DNA of 64,000 nucleotides from Gekko japonicus. Taxonomy: Eukaryota. The notes under the pieces are model-generated. The model was not told the DNA's origin, made no database searches, and saw nothing but the letters and a program-made list of their open reading frames with translations. A program made the position numbers and the translations under genes. Shown here piece by piece: positions 24,053 to 37,369 of this stretch. Every line of letters starts with the position of its first letter. Within the stretch, counting starts at the first letter, position 1. The stretch spans positions 777,847 through 841,846 of the forward strand of contig NW_015174292.1 in the NCBI RefSeq assembly GCF_001447785.1. Reading direction: 5' to 3'.

Positions 24053-27000
24053 ACCTAGGGGGTTCTCCATCCAAATCTCAGCTCAATTATGAGCTCACGA
24101 GATGACAGGCTGCTCATTCATCAGCTGCCCTCCTTCCTACATGTGCAACTGGAGGTGTTAATATTGGCTTACCTCACTGTGCTGGTAGAAGAGTGAATAA
24201 TGCATGTGAAGTGTTTGAATCGTTTTGGGGGGGAAACTTTCTCAATAGTGGACATGATTACAATGCATGTTTTGATGTTGGATTCCAGCCACTGTAAAAA
24301 TAGGCAAAGGGTTTCCCAACTAGAACATCAAAGTTATAAACAAGATCATTTGTCAATCATGCTGGAGAGAAGTCTGATACTTTATATTTGGTACTCATCA
24401 CACTGTAGTAGTAAGGAGAAAAGAAAGGGGTCCAATAATTTCAGTGGTCCATAGGGAGAAACTGTCCTGAGGAACAAAGGGTGTATTAAGATGAATCAGT
24501 TAGCCGAACAAGCTGCAGCCTAAAAAGATAAGCAGCTTCATGGTAATATGCTGGAATGCTGTGCTGGACTGGCGCTTCATGCCCAGATCATTAAAATGTG
24601 TGCATGATCCTTGGTGGAATTTTGAGTGTGTTCATGTGTCTTCTTGAAACAGGTCCAAGGCTCCACTGCAGCTCCCCCTCACTGAACTTACATTGACTCT
24701 CAAGATTTCCTGCAATTTTCCTCCCTCTTATTTTCCACCCCACCATTAGTATTTGTCCTAGGACAGTCTGACCTAGATTAAAGAGAAGTCATTGAGATGT
24801 AATCCTTTTGTCTCAGTGTGAAGAAGTTTCTCAGACCAAACAACAGATGTGAGGCCTTTACTGGCATGCTCACTTTCTTTATTCATGATGACGTCTCTGT
24901 TCTCCCAGTCCTTGTTACAGGCAGCTTAGGGAGCCCTTAAGCCAATGCAGGTGCATGTGGGACTTCTCACAGTGTTGCATTCTTTTCCTGGATTTAGCAC
25001 CAATGCTACACAAATGCTGGCACAGATGGCAGGAAGGCCTGGTGCCAGACCAGTGGTTTCTCTGTGACTGGTACTAGATTTCCTGAGGGTGAAAAGAGAG
25101 GAGGGAAAGTAGAGCAGAGATGAGGTAAGAAGGTTGCTGTGTGTTGTGTGTGGTCCCTTGTTGACACAAGATCCCTTTCCTACACATCTGTAAAGGAAAT
25201 TGTATGAATCCCATGTGTGGCCAACATATGCGATCCATGCACATGTCTGTTTAGCTGTGGTGCAGATACTGAGAAGCCACAATTCGCAATGGCTCTTTCC
25301 CACTGGGACACACTGGTGCAAAACAGAGGTGCATGCATCTGTTACACATGTAGATTCATGTACATACCAAGTTTCTTGCAATTTCTTAGAGATTTGCCCC
25401 TAGATGATATTTTGTTTTGTATGCAGTGGCCCTTTGTTTACTTGATACTCATTTAACAAATTGCAGCATACCATAGGTCTGTGATACATTCACTGCTACT
25501 GTTGCTATTATAAAACTCACAGCTTGACAGGAAACTAGGCAAACCCAGTGCTTTCCTTTCACACTCTCAAAAAATTGGTACAGGAAAATTCAGCACTAAT
25601 GCTGGCTGGTAACTGCCCTCTTCCTACCCATCCTTTCAACATTCACCATCGCACTGGTTCTTTATCTCTCTAAAAAGGCATATCTTCTTGATTCTATAAT
25701 AACTTGTGGCATCTGTCCACAGTTTCATGGTAAGACGTTTCACCTAATTTTGTTTTTGGTATTCTACCAAGCATGGGTAGCAGTTGCAGGCGAGGAACAG
25801 GTATCAAGCCATAGGTCTTCACGAGTGGCAAAACCTAGGCTGCTAAATAGGGTTGCAAACCTCCAGCTGGGGCCTGGAGATCTTCTGGAAGTACAACTGA
25901 TCTCCTAGAGAAGATGGCTACTTTGGAGGGTGGACTCCCTGGCATTATACCCTGCTGAAGTCCCTTCCCATCGGAAACCCCGCCCTCCCCAAGCTCCACT
26001 CACAAACCTCTAAGAGTTTCTGGGCTTGGAGCTGGCAAGATATGGTCCATTTATGCCATTTCAGAAATAAAATAGACATTTTATTTTATGACTTAAGAGA
26101 TTTTTTTATATTTGGGATATGACTTACACATGGGGGGGGGGGGGAGGTCAGAAAAACTCTACTTAGGCCTGACCTTCTAGAACCCAATTAAGTTATTCTG
26201 GGGTTTTGGGTTTTTTTTCATTTCTTTCCGGAGACAAATGCTTTCTATAGCATTTCCTTCCACATTCTGCATGAAGAGATCTAGCAAAGAGCAAGTTCCA
26301 GTGACCAAACCTGTAAAGTATACATGTATGTGCAGGAATATTGCTTACAAAGCACTTTAAATTTTATATATGACCAGTTGTGAATGTCTAGATTTTATGC
26401 ATGCTAATCTCAGAAATACTAGCCAAAGGGTTGTATCCAGACTAAATTTGCAGTTTCAGTTGAGATACCCTTTCTACACAAGACCCCCCCATGCCATTCT
26501 TCAAGGTCTCCTATCCCTCAAGAGTGGCCTTTCGTGGATTACAGTTGGCTTCAGTGGGAAGGTGAGGCAGGAAAGTTCCATTCTGCTGCTGAAGAATTTA
26601 GTCTGGATCCAACCCAAATCCTAGGGCAGAATCCAGAGTGCACTATTCCCTTTCAGAGCCAGTGCCTTTAAACTCATCATTAATTACTAGCTGTGTACAT
26701 TTTAATATTTAAAATGGTTTCTGCAATGTATTGCTTTGTTGTTGCAATTACATGAATTATATGAATTCTCCATAAGTATTACATATGTGTGTGTCTGACA
26801 GCGAAGAGGAATATATAGGTTAGGAACTATCACTGATGTTCAATATGTTGTCGAAGGCTTTCACGGCCGGAGTTCATTAGTTGCTGTGGATTTTCCGGGT
26901 TGTGTTCTCAATTCTTTGCTTCAAAGATCGTCATGGAGCTTTATGGAAAAGTAAAACAATATGCAGGTAAATTGTAGCTGTACTAGATTTTTATGCTCTA

Positions 27001-27586
27001 GAGCTACATTATTATTTGTTTTTGCCACAGCTTCCCTAAACGTCTGCTGAGGAAATTTCCACTGTGACTGGGAATCCTTAGGGCCATTTCGTACACCCTG
27101 TGGCAATGTGTGTTTTATACTACAGTGGTACTGACTATAAATGTAGCATCATGGTTCATGGCTGTGCCTTTTGTAAACAAGTGCCGAATTTATAGTGTGT
27201 ACCATTAATCACAGCCTAGGAACAGACCAGACCCTACTCTGAAGAGAAGGATGGGCCATATCAACTGAAGCAAAGAGATGAAGGAAAAACAGTGGTGCAG
27301 TGGGGGGGGGGAATTATTCTAAGTATCAATAGCCCTATGTGTTTCACACCAAGCGTCCTCATTCTCTTTCATTTTTTAACTTGTGTATAGAACCCCCTGA
27401 GGAACCTTGGAGCAAAAAGCATAGGGGTACTGATATATGGAAGAAATCCTCCCCCACTGTACCGTTGCTTTTTCTTCATCTCTCTGACCCTACTCAGAAG
27501 GGACATCAGGTGAATTTCCCAAATCAATCTGGGAACCAAGGAGTATGTGTTATTCTAAGATTACTATCACTATGTTCTGTATCCAA

Positions 27587-28262
27587 TTACAGAATGGCAG
27601 GTCCTTAAAGAGGGGGGAGTACCAGACCACCTCACATGTCTCTTGAGAAACCTGTATAAGGGTCAAGAAGCGACAGTTAGAACCGGATATGGAACAACTG
27701 ATTGGTTCAGCATAGGAAAAGGCGTACGACAAGGATGTATATTGTCACCTTGCTTATTTAATATATATGCAGAGTACATCATGCAAAATGCTGGCCTGGA
27801 TGAATCACAAGTGGGAATTAAGATTGCTGGGGAAAAGATCAACAACCTCAGATATGCAGACGATACCACTCTAATGGCAGAAAGTGAAGAGGACCCAAAG
27901 AGCCTCTTGCTCAGAGTGAAAGAGGAGAGTGCAAAAGTGGACTTGAAGCTCAACATCAAAAAAACTAAGATCATGGCATCCGGCCCCATCACTCCTTGGC
28001 AAATAGAAGGGGAAGTCGTGGAAATAGTGACAGACTTCACGTTCCTGGGATCCAAGATCACCGCAGACTGTGACAGCAGCCATGAAATTAAAAGACCCCT
28101 GCTCCTTGGGAGGAAAGCGATGGCAAACCTAAACAGCATGATAAAAAGTAGAGACATCACCCTGCCAACAAAAGTCCGCGTGGTCAAAGCAATGGTATTC
28201 CCAGTAGTCATGTATGGCTGCGAGAGTTGGACTATAAGGAAGGCCGAGCACCGAAGAATAGA
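27587..28262 (+). mobile_element. Bov-B (RTE clade) LINE internal reverse-transcriptase fragment
   Basis: The uninterrupted frame LRNLYKGQEATVRTGYGTTDWFSIGKGVRQGCILSPCLFNIY..NNLRYADDTTL..VFPVVMYGCESWTIRKAEHRRID is the Bov-B RT. It is flanked by the direct repeat TTCTGTATCCAA at 27575-27586 and 28263-28274. Confidence 0.96.
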
Positions 28263-29926
28263 TTCTGTATCCAAAGCCAGTCCCAAATCTCAAAGGTGTC
28301 TCTCATTGGAGGAAGCCAAGTCAAGAGGTGTGTGGACACCTATGCTTCTTCCTCAGGAATGTTCCATTGGGAGAGGGAGGTTAAGCCCAATGCACCCCCA
28401 ATTTAAAAGGTCACCCTACGCCTATGGTGCTGTCTGTAACATAACAGGCAATTATACGTCAGGCACACCATGTGGACAGTCTTCAGGGCCTCCAGTGCCT
28501 CCCAGGATCTGCAGTTTATGGGCAGCTAGGGCCTGGGAGTCTTTGCAGTCTTCATGTTGTAAACAGACCTTTCATAATAATGCAAATTAGCAAGGAAGCA
28601 TTAGCCTCCAAGTCCAGGCATATAGCAATGATATATAGATAAAGAAGCCTAATTCAAACCCAGTCTACAGTCTAGATTATATTCCCAGATAGTCAAAGTC
28701 AAGAACGTCTGCTAAATTAATGTGTTTTGTTTGCATTATGTCTGGAGCAGATGCCTACCAGTTGCTGGCATGCCTACTATGCCTACCAGTTGCAGGCATT
28801 ACCCCTGTAGCGTGAAAGCAGAACCACACAAAAATTAGAAGCTACACTGCAACCACTGATGGTCTTCAGAGGTATGGAAACATAATTTTCAAATAATATT
28901 CTGTTATGAATGGAGAAGTCTGGGAGGACGCTCAGTGAGTAGCCATCTCTGAGTGCAAACCTTAATTACATTTCAGGCAGAAATAACAAACATTTGGTGT
29001 CATCTGACCAAGCATAGTGCCTGAGGTGCATTTTCAAGGCAGTTCTGATTTGTACACAGCATGCAATTATTTTGTGTTGCTGTGAATTTATTGTTGAGCC
29101 CTAAGGCTAAAGGCAGACTTGGTTAAAGCAGGTGCAACTTTACAGAAATTTTGTAGAATTGTTCTTTCATTCTTCTTTTTTGTTGTTGTTCATAAATACC
29201 AGGTTGTAATTTCTGCATCCTGGCTCTTGATCCCTGATAGCTGGTTTCAATGATTCATTGAAGCTTCTCTCCCCCCCCCCCCCCTTTGTCAGGCATTTGA
29301 TTAATGTATTTTAATATCACTTACAAGGGACACATTCTTTTCAATGAGTTATGGACTGACTGGTTTCAATCTGTGTTTGTTTCATGCTACATGACAGGTT
29401 GGCGGCATTACCGGATTCTGTTTGCACCTCTCCCCTTGCAAGAATATTGATGTATGCCTCCAATAAAGCCACCTTAATGAGATCATTCAGCCTGTAGTGA
29501 GAAGGAACAATGTGTAGTTGTGAGAATAGCAAACAAAAATAAAGAATATTGTATGAAACACCGATGTGTATTAAAAGACTATGTCACTACTGTACGTAGC
29601 AGAGAAAGGGCTTAAGTGAGAAAAAAAGACAGATAAAAGAATGCACATGACTTTTAGGAGATTATAACATATATAGTATGGGAAAGGCATAAATTGTAAA
29701 GGCTGATCACAGTCATGTGTTTTTCCTATGGAACTGCCCTCACCATTGGGGTGTTGTTTCTGCAAGGATATGGGGGTACTGAATCAGAAAGGCATTGATC
29801 TCCTAGCTAGCACTGTTTTATGGCTAAGAATAAAATGAGGCCATGAGTCAGCCTCCAGGGTTTGATATAGTAAAACTGGAGTGCTAAGAAGTAGAAGATG
29901 TAACAGTTCAGTTTTTGACCTGTGAT

Positions 29927-31230
29927 TAGGGATGGGCAGAAACCGGGAAAAAGAGCCATGAACTGTCACAAACTTTTAGGAGCCAAACTGGTTCAGTTCA
30001 TGAGGTTCGTGATGTGGTAGAATGCCCCCCACAACATGTTAGAGACACCAAACTCATAGGAGATCTCCAGCTGACTCTCCTCTATCTGCCCTCCAAATTT
30101 GTTGAGGGTTGGATTTACAAGGCCCGAGTGTCAGCTTGTTGTTGTCGAGGGGAGACATTTGGATCGTGGGTCTTATCCAGTGCGATGTTATGAAACTCTC
30201 CGGCCTTGGTTCCCCTCAGAGTTGCCGTTTGAGAGTTCATGCACACTCTCTTTCAGCCATGTGTACTGCTAGACGAGTACGAGTTACATCACTCCTCTCC
30301 GTCTTTCTCGCAGTCTCCACATTCTCCTCCTCCCTGGGTACACCTGATGGCCATTTTATTTGCTTCATTTACATCACACTGTGAACCCACCACCCAAGCC
30401 TTAAAGTGACTCCACCAACAATCTGATTTCTCTTTTAGTTCTTCAGGGCATCTTGATTTCCCATCCTTCCTTCCATCTGTCACACTGTTGTCGACGGGCC
30501 CAATCACTCCCACACCCCCTTCTTCCCCCTTTTGAAGCCCCATCACCTCGTTGAGGTCTACAGGCCAATACTCCTGACCCTCCCGGGAACGATCGGGGTC
30601 CCACGGGCCTGTTTCCCCTCGAACAGTGGGGGTAACTCCCAGTGTAGTCGGGAGGGGGCTGAGAGCGACCTCCTGACACCAAGTTATCCCCCCCAAAAAA
30701 AGAAGGGGCCCTCAGAAAAGTGCTTTCTGGGGAAATGACTGGCACAGGTTCAGGAGGTTCAGGAGTGTATTGAATGGAACCTGTGCAAGCTATACATCAA
30801 ATTCACAGGGGACTTCCCCCTGATGCTTCTCTACATGCCCTTCAAGTTATGTGCAGATTGGACTCTCTCTTATCTAACTGCCAACACCCAACAGAAGAGA
30901 GGGTGCAAAGATGAGCTGAGGATATCCTCATTCTGATCCCATAGATCCCACAGAATGGGAACTCTGTTATTGGCAGCCAGCAGTGTCTGTTAAGCTTTGG
31001 AGGGCCCCTATTGGTGTTTCCAAGGCTGGAGAATTCCACTCCCCCCTTGCTTTGAAGTCTGATAAACATTTTGATTGAGCAGAGACAGTCTATCTGGAAA
31101 TGTATCCATTCACAAACGACTTGAAAGATCATGGAAAGTTTGTGCTGGTCGACCTGCTACGGACTTCAGTTCATGAACCACAAACCTGCCAAAATTTGTT
31201 AAAAACTTTACAACCCCAAGTTCAAGAAAC
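29927..31230 (-). mobile_element. hAT non-autonomous element (TAGGGATGGGCA family), copy B, interrupted by an LTR
   Basis: It starts tagggatgggcagaaacc. The segments ccaaactcatagg..ctgccctccaaattt and ttggcagccagcag mirror 20121-20813 in reverse. The right boundary is approximate. Confidence 0.65.
30129..30746 (-). mobile_element. Young CpG-rich putative solo LTR (~620 bp)
   Basis: Termini tgtcagc ... ggcaca, a minus-strand AATAAA at 30355-30360 and a sharp rise in CpG density. No clean TSD. Confidence 0.55.
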
Positions 31231-32002
31231 CCATCAGATGTGTGAGGTCCTGATTTAAAAATTACATTGACACTAGTTTCAACTAAGTTTCAGGGTTTTT
31301 TATTTGTGTTGCTAAAAACAAAATAACATTGGAAACAAGAAAGATAATCTATTTATAAGCTTTCTGTTTTCATCAAATGTGGTGTAAGATGGAGGATGAA
31401 TATGACCATAGTTGGATGTATGGTAGTCTATCTCTCAATGTCAGCCCAACTTGCTGTAATATTAAACTTTAGTTAAATAATATTCCGATTACATCCATAG
31501 GCTCTAATTGTAATTCTTAGTGTTATAATTCTGAGTTAACACCTATGCCCAGTAGTGCTATATTTAGACATTGTGGTTAGGATGCACATTATGTTGATTA
31601 ATATAATTACTCTGAAAGTGAGCAACACCAGCAACCTCTTTGAATTTTAAGAATGCTGATTTTCTTGCTTCTAAATGCCTGAGAGATTTCCATAATGCCA
31701 ATTCATGTTTCACCTAATATTGCAAGCTTCAGTTTTCAATGTGAAATACGTCATTCTGCAGATCACCTCCATCTATATGACAGGTGACCATTTTCACTAC
31801 TGCACCCCACAAGATTGTTGTAATGGGAGATCCTTTTCACAGAAAGCAAAAGATTTAACAAAACTTTTTGGCTTATATTTCTTTAGTCTGGTTTGTCTCA
31901 GCTTAGTACAAGTCACACTACCATTATCACACCTTGAAGAGTGGAAAGGCTAAATATCTGATATGGCCACCTGAAAGTAAGGGCATTATTTATTTATTTA
32001 GC

Positions 32003-33425
32003 AACAAATACAAATACAACACCTTTATTGGCATAAAATATCAAATACACATGCAGCATAGAGCCTCAAGATAGGCTGGAGGGGTATCACATTCCGAATT
32101 GCCTTAATATGAGCCTCTCCTCCTAGATACCTCATAAAAGAAATTTGCTACAGGTTCCAGAATTTCTATATTGTGCGAAGACAATAAAGAACTAATTTTA
32201 TGCTCATCAGATTGGCCCAAAAGGGGGTCCAACACAGGTTCAATAAAAACAACACGGATGTCACAGTGGAATTTACAGTACAATAGCACATGTCCAATGG
32301 ATTCGATTTCCCCCATCCCACAGGGGAACAATCTATCTTTATAGGGAATTTTGTTGAACCTTCCCGATAGAACAGCTGAGGGAAGGACGTCAAACCGTGC
32401 TAGCATGAAAGCCCTACGAAGATGGGGCTGAATCAGTCTTCCCAGGTATCCTGAGGAAATATGGCTAAAAGAAAGTCCCATACTCACAGGAGGGCAATGT
32501 CTGTGCGCAAGTCTTCTCAGGTCTTGCACCTCTATATCGAGGAGTCTTTGTTTGAGTAAGGCAAAAGCCTTCTGCTCAGACAAAAGTACCAAGTCATCAA
32601 AACTAAAGCCGATTATAGATTTTTTTTCTCTATATTAATCAACCAAGTCGATAGATGGGATTCAGTTAACATGTGCACCACAAGACTGTTTGGGCCAGAT
32701 CTAAAATGAAGGCGCAGCCAAAATTTGAAGGTTATGGTCCATGCCATCGTAATTAACCGTCTTTGGACTTTAGTGTTTAAAGCTGATTTGTTATCCACTA
32801 CTGGTACTAATTGTGGTTTGTTGTGACATCTAAATTTACAAGTCATAGTTTGTTGAGCAGCTGCATCCCTTGTAACCACCTAGCCAGTTAGATCTTGAGG
32901 ACTAACCAGAGTGTTACATTATCCACAGTTTAATCAAACTGTAGTTTATTACAGCATCTGAATGCGTCCAATGAGAATTCAAATATATATCATTTCTGTC
33001 AGGGCTTCCAACTTTTCTCGAACACAATGATTTTGGATTTATCGAAGTTCAGGGACAACTTGTTCTTATTGCAATAAGCAAGAGCTTGTGCAAGCATCCT
33101 TTTCATCCCCATTTCTGAGAGAGAGAGCAGGACAGCATCGTCCGCATACAAAAGTAACGGGACATGCCTCTCACCCAGTTTAGGGCAATGGCCATCAATA
33201 CTCCTCATAAAGGGGTCTAAATCATTTAAGAAGAAGTTAAACAGGGTTGGCGCAAGAATGCAGCCCTGCTTAACTCCCACGTTAATGGGGATCTTGGCTG
33301 TTAGGTCCCCCTTCTTAGAATATCTAATCTGACAGGTGTTTCCAGAATGCAGGTTTTTAATCAAGAACAGTAGTCGTTTGTCTATCCCCATGTCACTTAA
33401 TTTCTCCCACAGAAATCCCCATGTC
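32003..33425 (-). mobile_element. RTE-X-like LINE, 5'-truncated with internal deletion or replacement
   Basis: RT motifs GVKQGCILAPTLFNFFL..LLYADDAVLL (32999-33391) and a C-terminal RRAFMLARF..CGMGEIESIGHVLLYC zinc-knuckle region (32104-32592). It ends with AATAAA plus a (TTGTAT)n tail. The 12-bp TSD TATTTATTTAGC is at 31991-32002 and 33426-33437. Confidence 0.9.
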
Positions 33426-33429
33426 TATT

Positions 33430-33645
33430 TATTTAGCTTCATTTATATCCCACTTCCCTCCCCAATGGGGACCTAAAGTGGCTTTATTCTCCTATCCTTC
33501 ATTTTATGCTCACAACAACCCTGTGAGGTAGGTTAGGCTGAGAGCGTGTGTCTGGCCCAAGGTCAACCAGTGGGCTTCCATGGCAGACTGGGGATTCAAA
33601 CCTGGGCTAAAGCCTTCCAGATCCTAGTCCAGCACTCTAACCATG
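33430..33645 (-). mobile_element. Sauria-type SINE whose AT-rich tail was the target of the RTE-X insertion
   Basis: It contains cacaacaaccctgtgaggtaggttaggctgaga..ggggattcaaacctgggc, and its tail continues on the far side of the LINE at 31986-32000. Confidence 0.8.
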
Positions 33646-33730
33646 CTGATAAATATATCCATATTTAGGGGATCTAAGCAAAATCTCAGTAGAATGAAAA
33701 ATAGATTAACCCTCCTTTGACAGATATTAG

Positions 33731-34142
33731 CAGGGATCATTTCCTTCAAGAGCACACAGGAGCGGAGCTCCGGCAGTAAAGAGCCCAGGGGGCGGGGACA
33801 TGCAACAAGCCCCCCCCCCGCTCCCAGCAGCCCTCAGTCGGAGCAAGAAGCAGCCAGGTAAGTTGCAGAGCTTCCCCTGCCCCCCGGTCCAAGACAGTTC
33901 AGTGGCACCTTTAAGACCAAGTTTTATTCAGGTACAAGCTCTCCCTCCTCTGCAAGGACAGATCTGCATGTCCCCCCCCCCAATAGCTAGCAATCCAAAA
34001 GAGTCCAGTGGAGCCTGAGCGGTGGGTGTTGCCTTCTGACACACTTCTGGTGATGTCAGGGGGTGTGGCATATGCAAATAAGCTATGCTAATGCGTTATA
34101 CTAATGAGCTCCTGCACCTCTTTTTCTATGAAATGACCCCTG
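33731..34142 (+). mobile_element. hAT MITE (CAGGGGTCATTTC family), 412 bp
   Basis: TIRs cagggatcatttc / gaaatgacccctg, with a perfect 8-bp TSD GATATTAG at 33723-33730 and 34143-34150. Confidence 0.95.
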
Positions 34143-34419
34143 GATATTAGCAACACTGCATAACATATTTCAGTAAAGATCATGGCAACCTTGTCAGTAT
34201 ACAAAACACATATTTAAATTTAAAAACACGTGCTTTTCATTTGATTAGATGGGTTCAACAGAAATTAATATCTATGAATTTTTGTGTGAGAGAAATATCA
34301 AAGAGTTGGGGGGGAAAGCAACTGTGCACCCTTAGTGTTATATACAATCCTTCAGTACTTCTTACAAGAGCCCTATAAACATAATATTAGCCTCATACTG
34401 TGGGCAGGAAGTAAGGAGG

Positions 34420-34725
34420 TCTGAAGTGAAATATAAGTCCATCTAGTCCAGTAACATGTTTCATGCAGCAGCCAACCAGTTGCTTTGGAAGACCAACAAA
34501 CAGGTCATAGTCCAAGGCCTTCCCTTAACGTTACATCCTTTATGAGGTTTGCTTTAGTCACCATGGCTAATAACCACTGATGGACCTAGTCTCTCGAAAT
34601 CTATCTAAGCCCCTTTAAAGCCATTTTGCTTATGGCTATCATTACAACTACTGGCAGTGAATTCCACAGTGTAATTACTCACTTCCTTTTGCCTTGAATT
34701 TATTGCCCATTAACTTAATCAGATG
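34420..34725 (-). mobile_element. Old CR1 3' fragment
   Basis: gtccatctagtccagt..ccactgatggacct..ggcagtgaattccacag are reverse-complement CR1 3' motifs. Confidence 0.6.
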
Positions 34726-34994
34726 GCTAGCGATAGAGCAAAGTTTGGGTCCAGTGGCACCTTTAAGAACAACAAAGTTTAGTTTTGAGTATAAGCATGA
34801 AGAAATTACATTTGGGCCAGAGGCTTTCAGATTGACAGTACATCATGTTAGCAACAACACTACACAAGTTACCTAAGTAGAGAGAGGGCATTCTTTTTTC
34901 ACAAGCAAGCTGTTTTAGATTAACAGTTCAGGTGAATTTAACATCTATTTTATGTGTCAGCTAAAGCAAGGTTGGCCCTGATCTGGATAATCCA

Positions 34995-35168
34995 GGCTAG
35001 CCCGAACTCATTGGATCTTGAAAGCTAAGCAGGCTCGGCCCATCCTACAATCTGGATGGGAGACCTCCAAGGAATAACAGGGTTATAATGCGGAGGCAGA
35101 TGACAGTAAACCACCTCTGAAGTCTCTTGCCTTGAAAACCCTACAGGGTTACCATAAGTCAGCTGACC
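34995..35168 (+). mobile_element. 5S rRNA-derived SINE
   Basis: gcccgaactcattggatcttgaaagctaagcaggctcggccc..ctggatgggagacctccaaggaata follows 5S rRNA through the A and C boxes. An RTE-type 3' part follows (aaaccacctctg..cttgccttgaaaaccc..ccataagtc). Confidence 0.82.
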
Positions 35169-37369
35169 ATGACCCTTGGGGAAGATTGAGATTGTTGGCT
35201 ATGCAGCCACAAAAGCAGTAAATGACATTTACCTAACAGGCTATGACTAAGCTATGACTCTGTGGGACCAGGGGCTACGTTGCAACTGCCAAGCTTCTTG
35301 GCTTGGCATTTGAGCTGGGTTTTGAATAGCCACATCAAGGCATCAAGAGAGAAGGTTTGACTCACTTGTAAGCAAGGAGCCAATCAAGGTCAGTTCAGCT
35401 GGCTAAAATGTTCACACTGAAGTTCTGACTGTCCCTGATGGTCAGCATTTGGTTTCTCATCAGTTGCCTACCAACAGTGCTACCTGTCATAGTGACAGAT
35501 CTTTCCTTGACTGTAATCATTTTCTAGGAAATCCCATGTTATCAGATTTTCCTATTTTTAAACTGACAATAGAGGTTGTATTCAGCCTCCAATGAAAAAC
35601 AGGTTCAGGCCATATTAATTAATGGTTGGAAAGAGCCAGAGTTGAAGAGAGAGAAAGCCTGAGCATTCTTCTTCTTTCTGGTGGGTGTTTGGGCCTTCTT
35701 TCCTGTTACCACCAGTCCCTGGAGTCAAAATTTGGCTAATGTGGAAAACTTTAAGTAATATTTGCTCAAAGGACAGAAAGGATCAGCTGATTTGTGCAGC
35801 CTGCACACTTTTTGGGATCTGTTGGTGCACATATCTGCCAGGAGCAAAGCCATTTCCAAATGAACAGTGGTTGGCAAAGAGACACACAGAGCATGTGAAG
35901 ACATGCATGTGCCCATTTACCAGAAGAGAAATCAAAGGCATCTTATTAAAATCCATAAAGCAAAGCAAGATTTATGGCATAACTATTGTACTTTGTGGGC
36001 TAAGAAAAAATGTAGCTGAAAATTAAAGTCAGCTGAAGAGAAAATAACTAACAGTTGTTAAGATGTTAAAAAGAATGTTTACGCAGATGGGGATTTAATT
36101 CCGAAGTGTTTTGAGAACAGCTAACAACTATGCGTGCCAGCCCAGCTTCCATTCACACAGCACATATACATGGCTGCCACCTGGTAACCATGACTGGGGG
36201 CGGGGTTGGGCTACCATCTTGACTTTTGGCAGGGCTTCTATTAATATAAGCAGAACTGGTCACACATTCTCTGGACAAATCTTTTACAGCATAGTGACAA
36301 AGGGCTAGGAAAAGCACCACCAGCTGAATGACTGCCTGTCATAGCCCTACTGATCTTATTTGGCAACCCATTTCACTGCACACACAGCTGCAATGTACAT
36401 GTATGCATAGTTCCTGACAGGTATTTGTGTCTCTATCCAAAAGAATATTTGCTTCAGACTTGTTTGAATCATATTCAAGAGAGGTTCCAGAGACGTGCCT
36501 GTCTGAGCTCTCCCCCCTCCCCTCCCCCCTCTCACAGACACAGAGTTCATTTCAGACTGCTGCTTTGCATGATATGTATCTATATGAAGCAAATATTTTG
36601 CATGCAAAAAAGGTTACAAACTCTTTCGTTCCAAAAATTGTCCACAGCAACGACAACGGACCATGAACAGAGAGAGAAGATTAAAAGCCCTGCTTTCTCA
36701 GTCCCTCTGAAGAATGGCTGCACAACCATAGTTCATACTCTGTATATTGGAGCACATATTATTTCATTGCCTTTTCTCAGGGGGGAAGCCTGAAGGATTG
36801 CTTTAAAATTCTCCTCTATTTTTTCATCTTAGCTCGTCCTAGGACAGTAGTTCAGTGCCTCATTATGACATAGCATTAGGGTGCAAGGCATGACTGTGCT
36901 ACCAGTGGGAAATCCCCAGGCCAAATCTCTTCTCAGCCATTAACTCCATGGGTGGCATTCAGCTAGGCACTGCCTCTCAGCATTACCTCATCATCTGTGG
37001 CTTAAGAAGTAATTCTTGTTTACTTTACAGGATTGTTGTAAGGATTACTGAGATATCTATTCCAGAGGGCTAGTCATGCTCCAGCCAAAATAGCCGAGTC
37101 ATGTGGAACCTTAAAGAATAATGATTTCATCTAGGTAATTTTTTGCTTTCGTACAAGGAACAGCCAGTATACCAAAAGGAAAATACTATGCAAGGCTTTG
37201 GACTTTCAGAGATTCTGACTGACTGGACATGATCTGGGACAAACTCTTTGCCAAATATGATATGCAGTAAGGTCCTGACCATGGACAGAATAGAGCTACT
37301 GATTCTATTGCTATCTTCTCAAGAGAAATGCTGTTAGAGGCCCGCCACAGTCAGTATTTTCTCTTTAAA

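Noticed and set aside
27663-28286. 207-aa minus-strand ORF
   Set aside because: Antisense shadow of the Bov-B RT frame, with no independent protein features.
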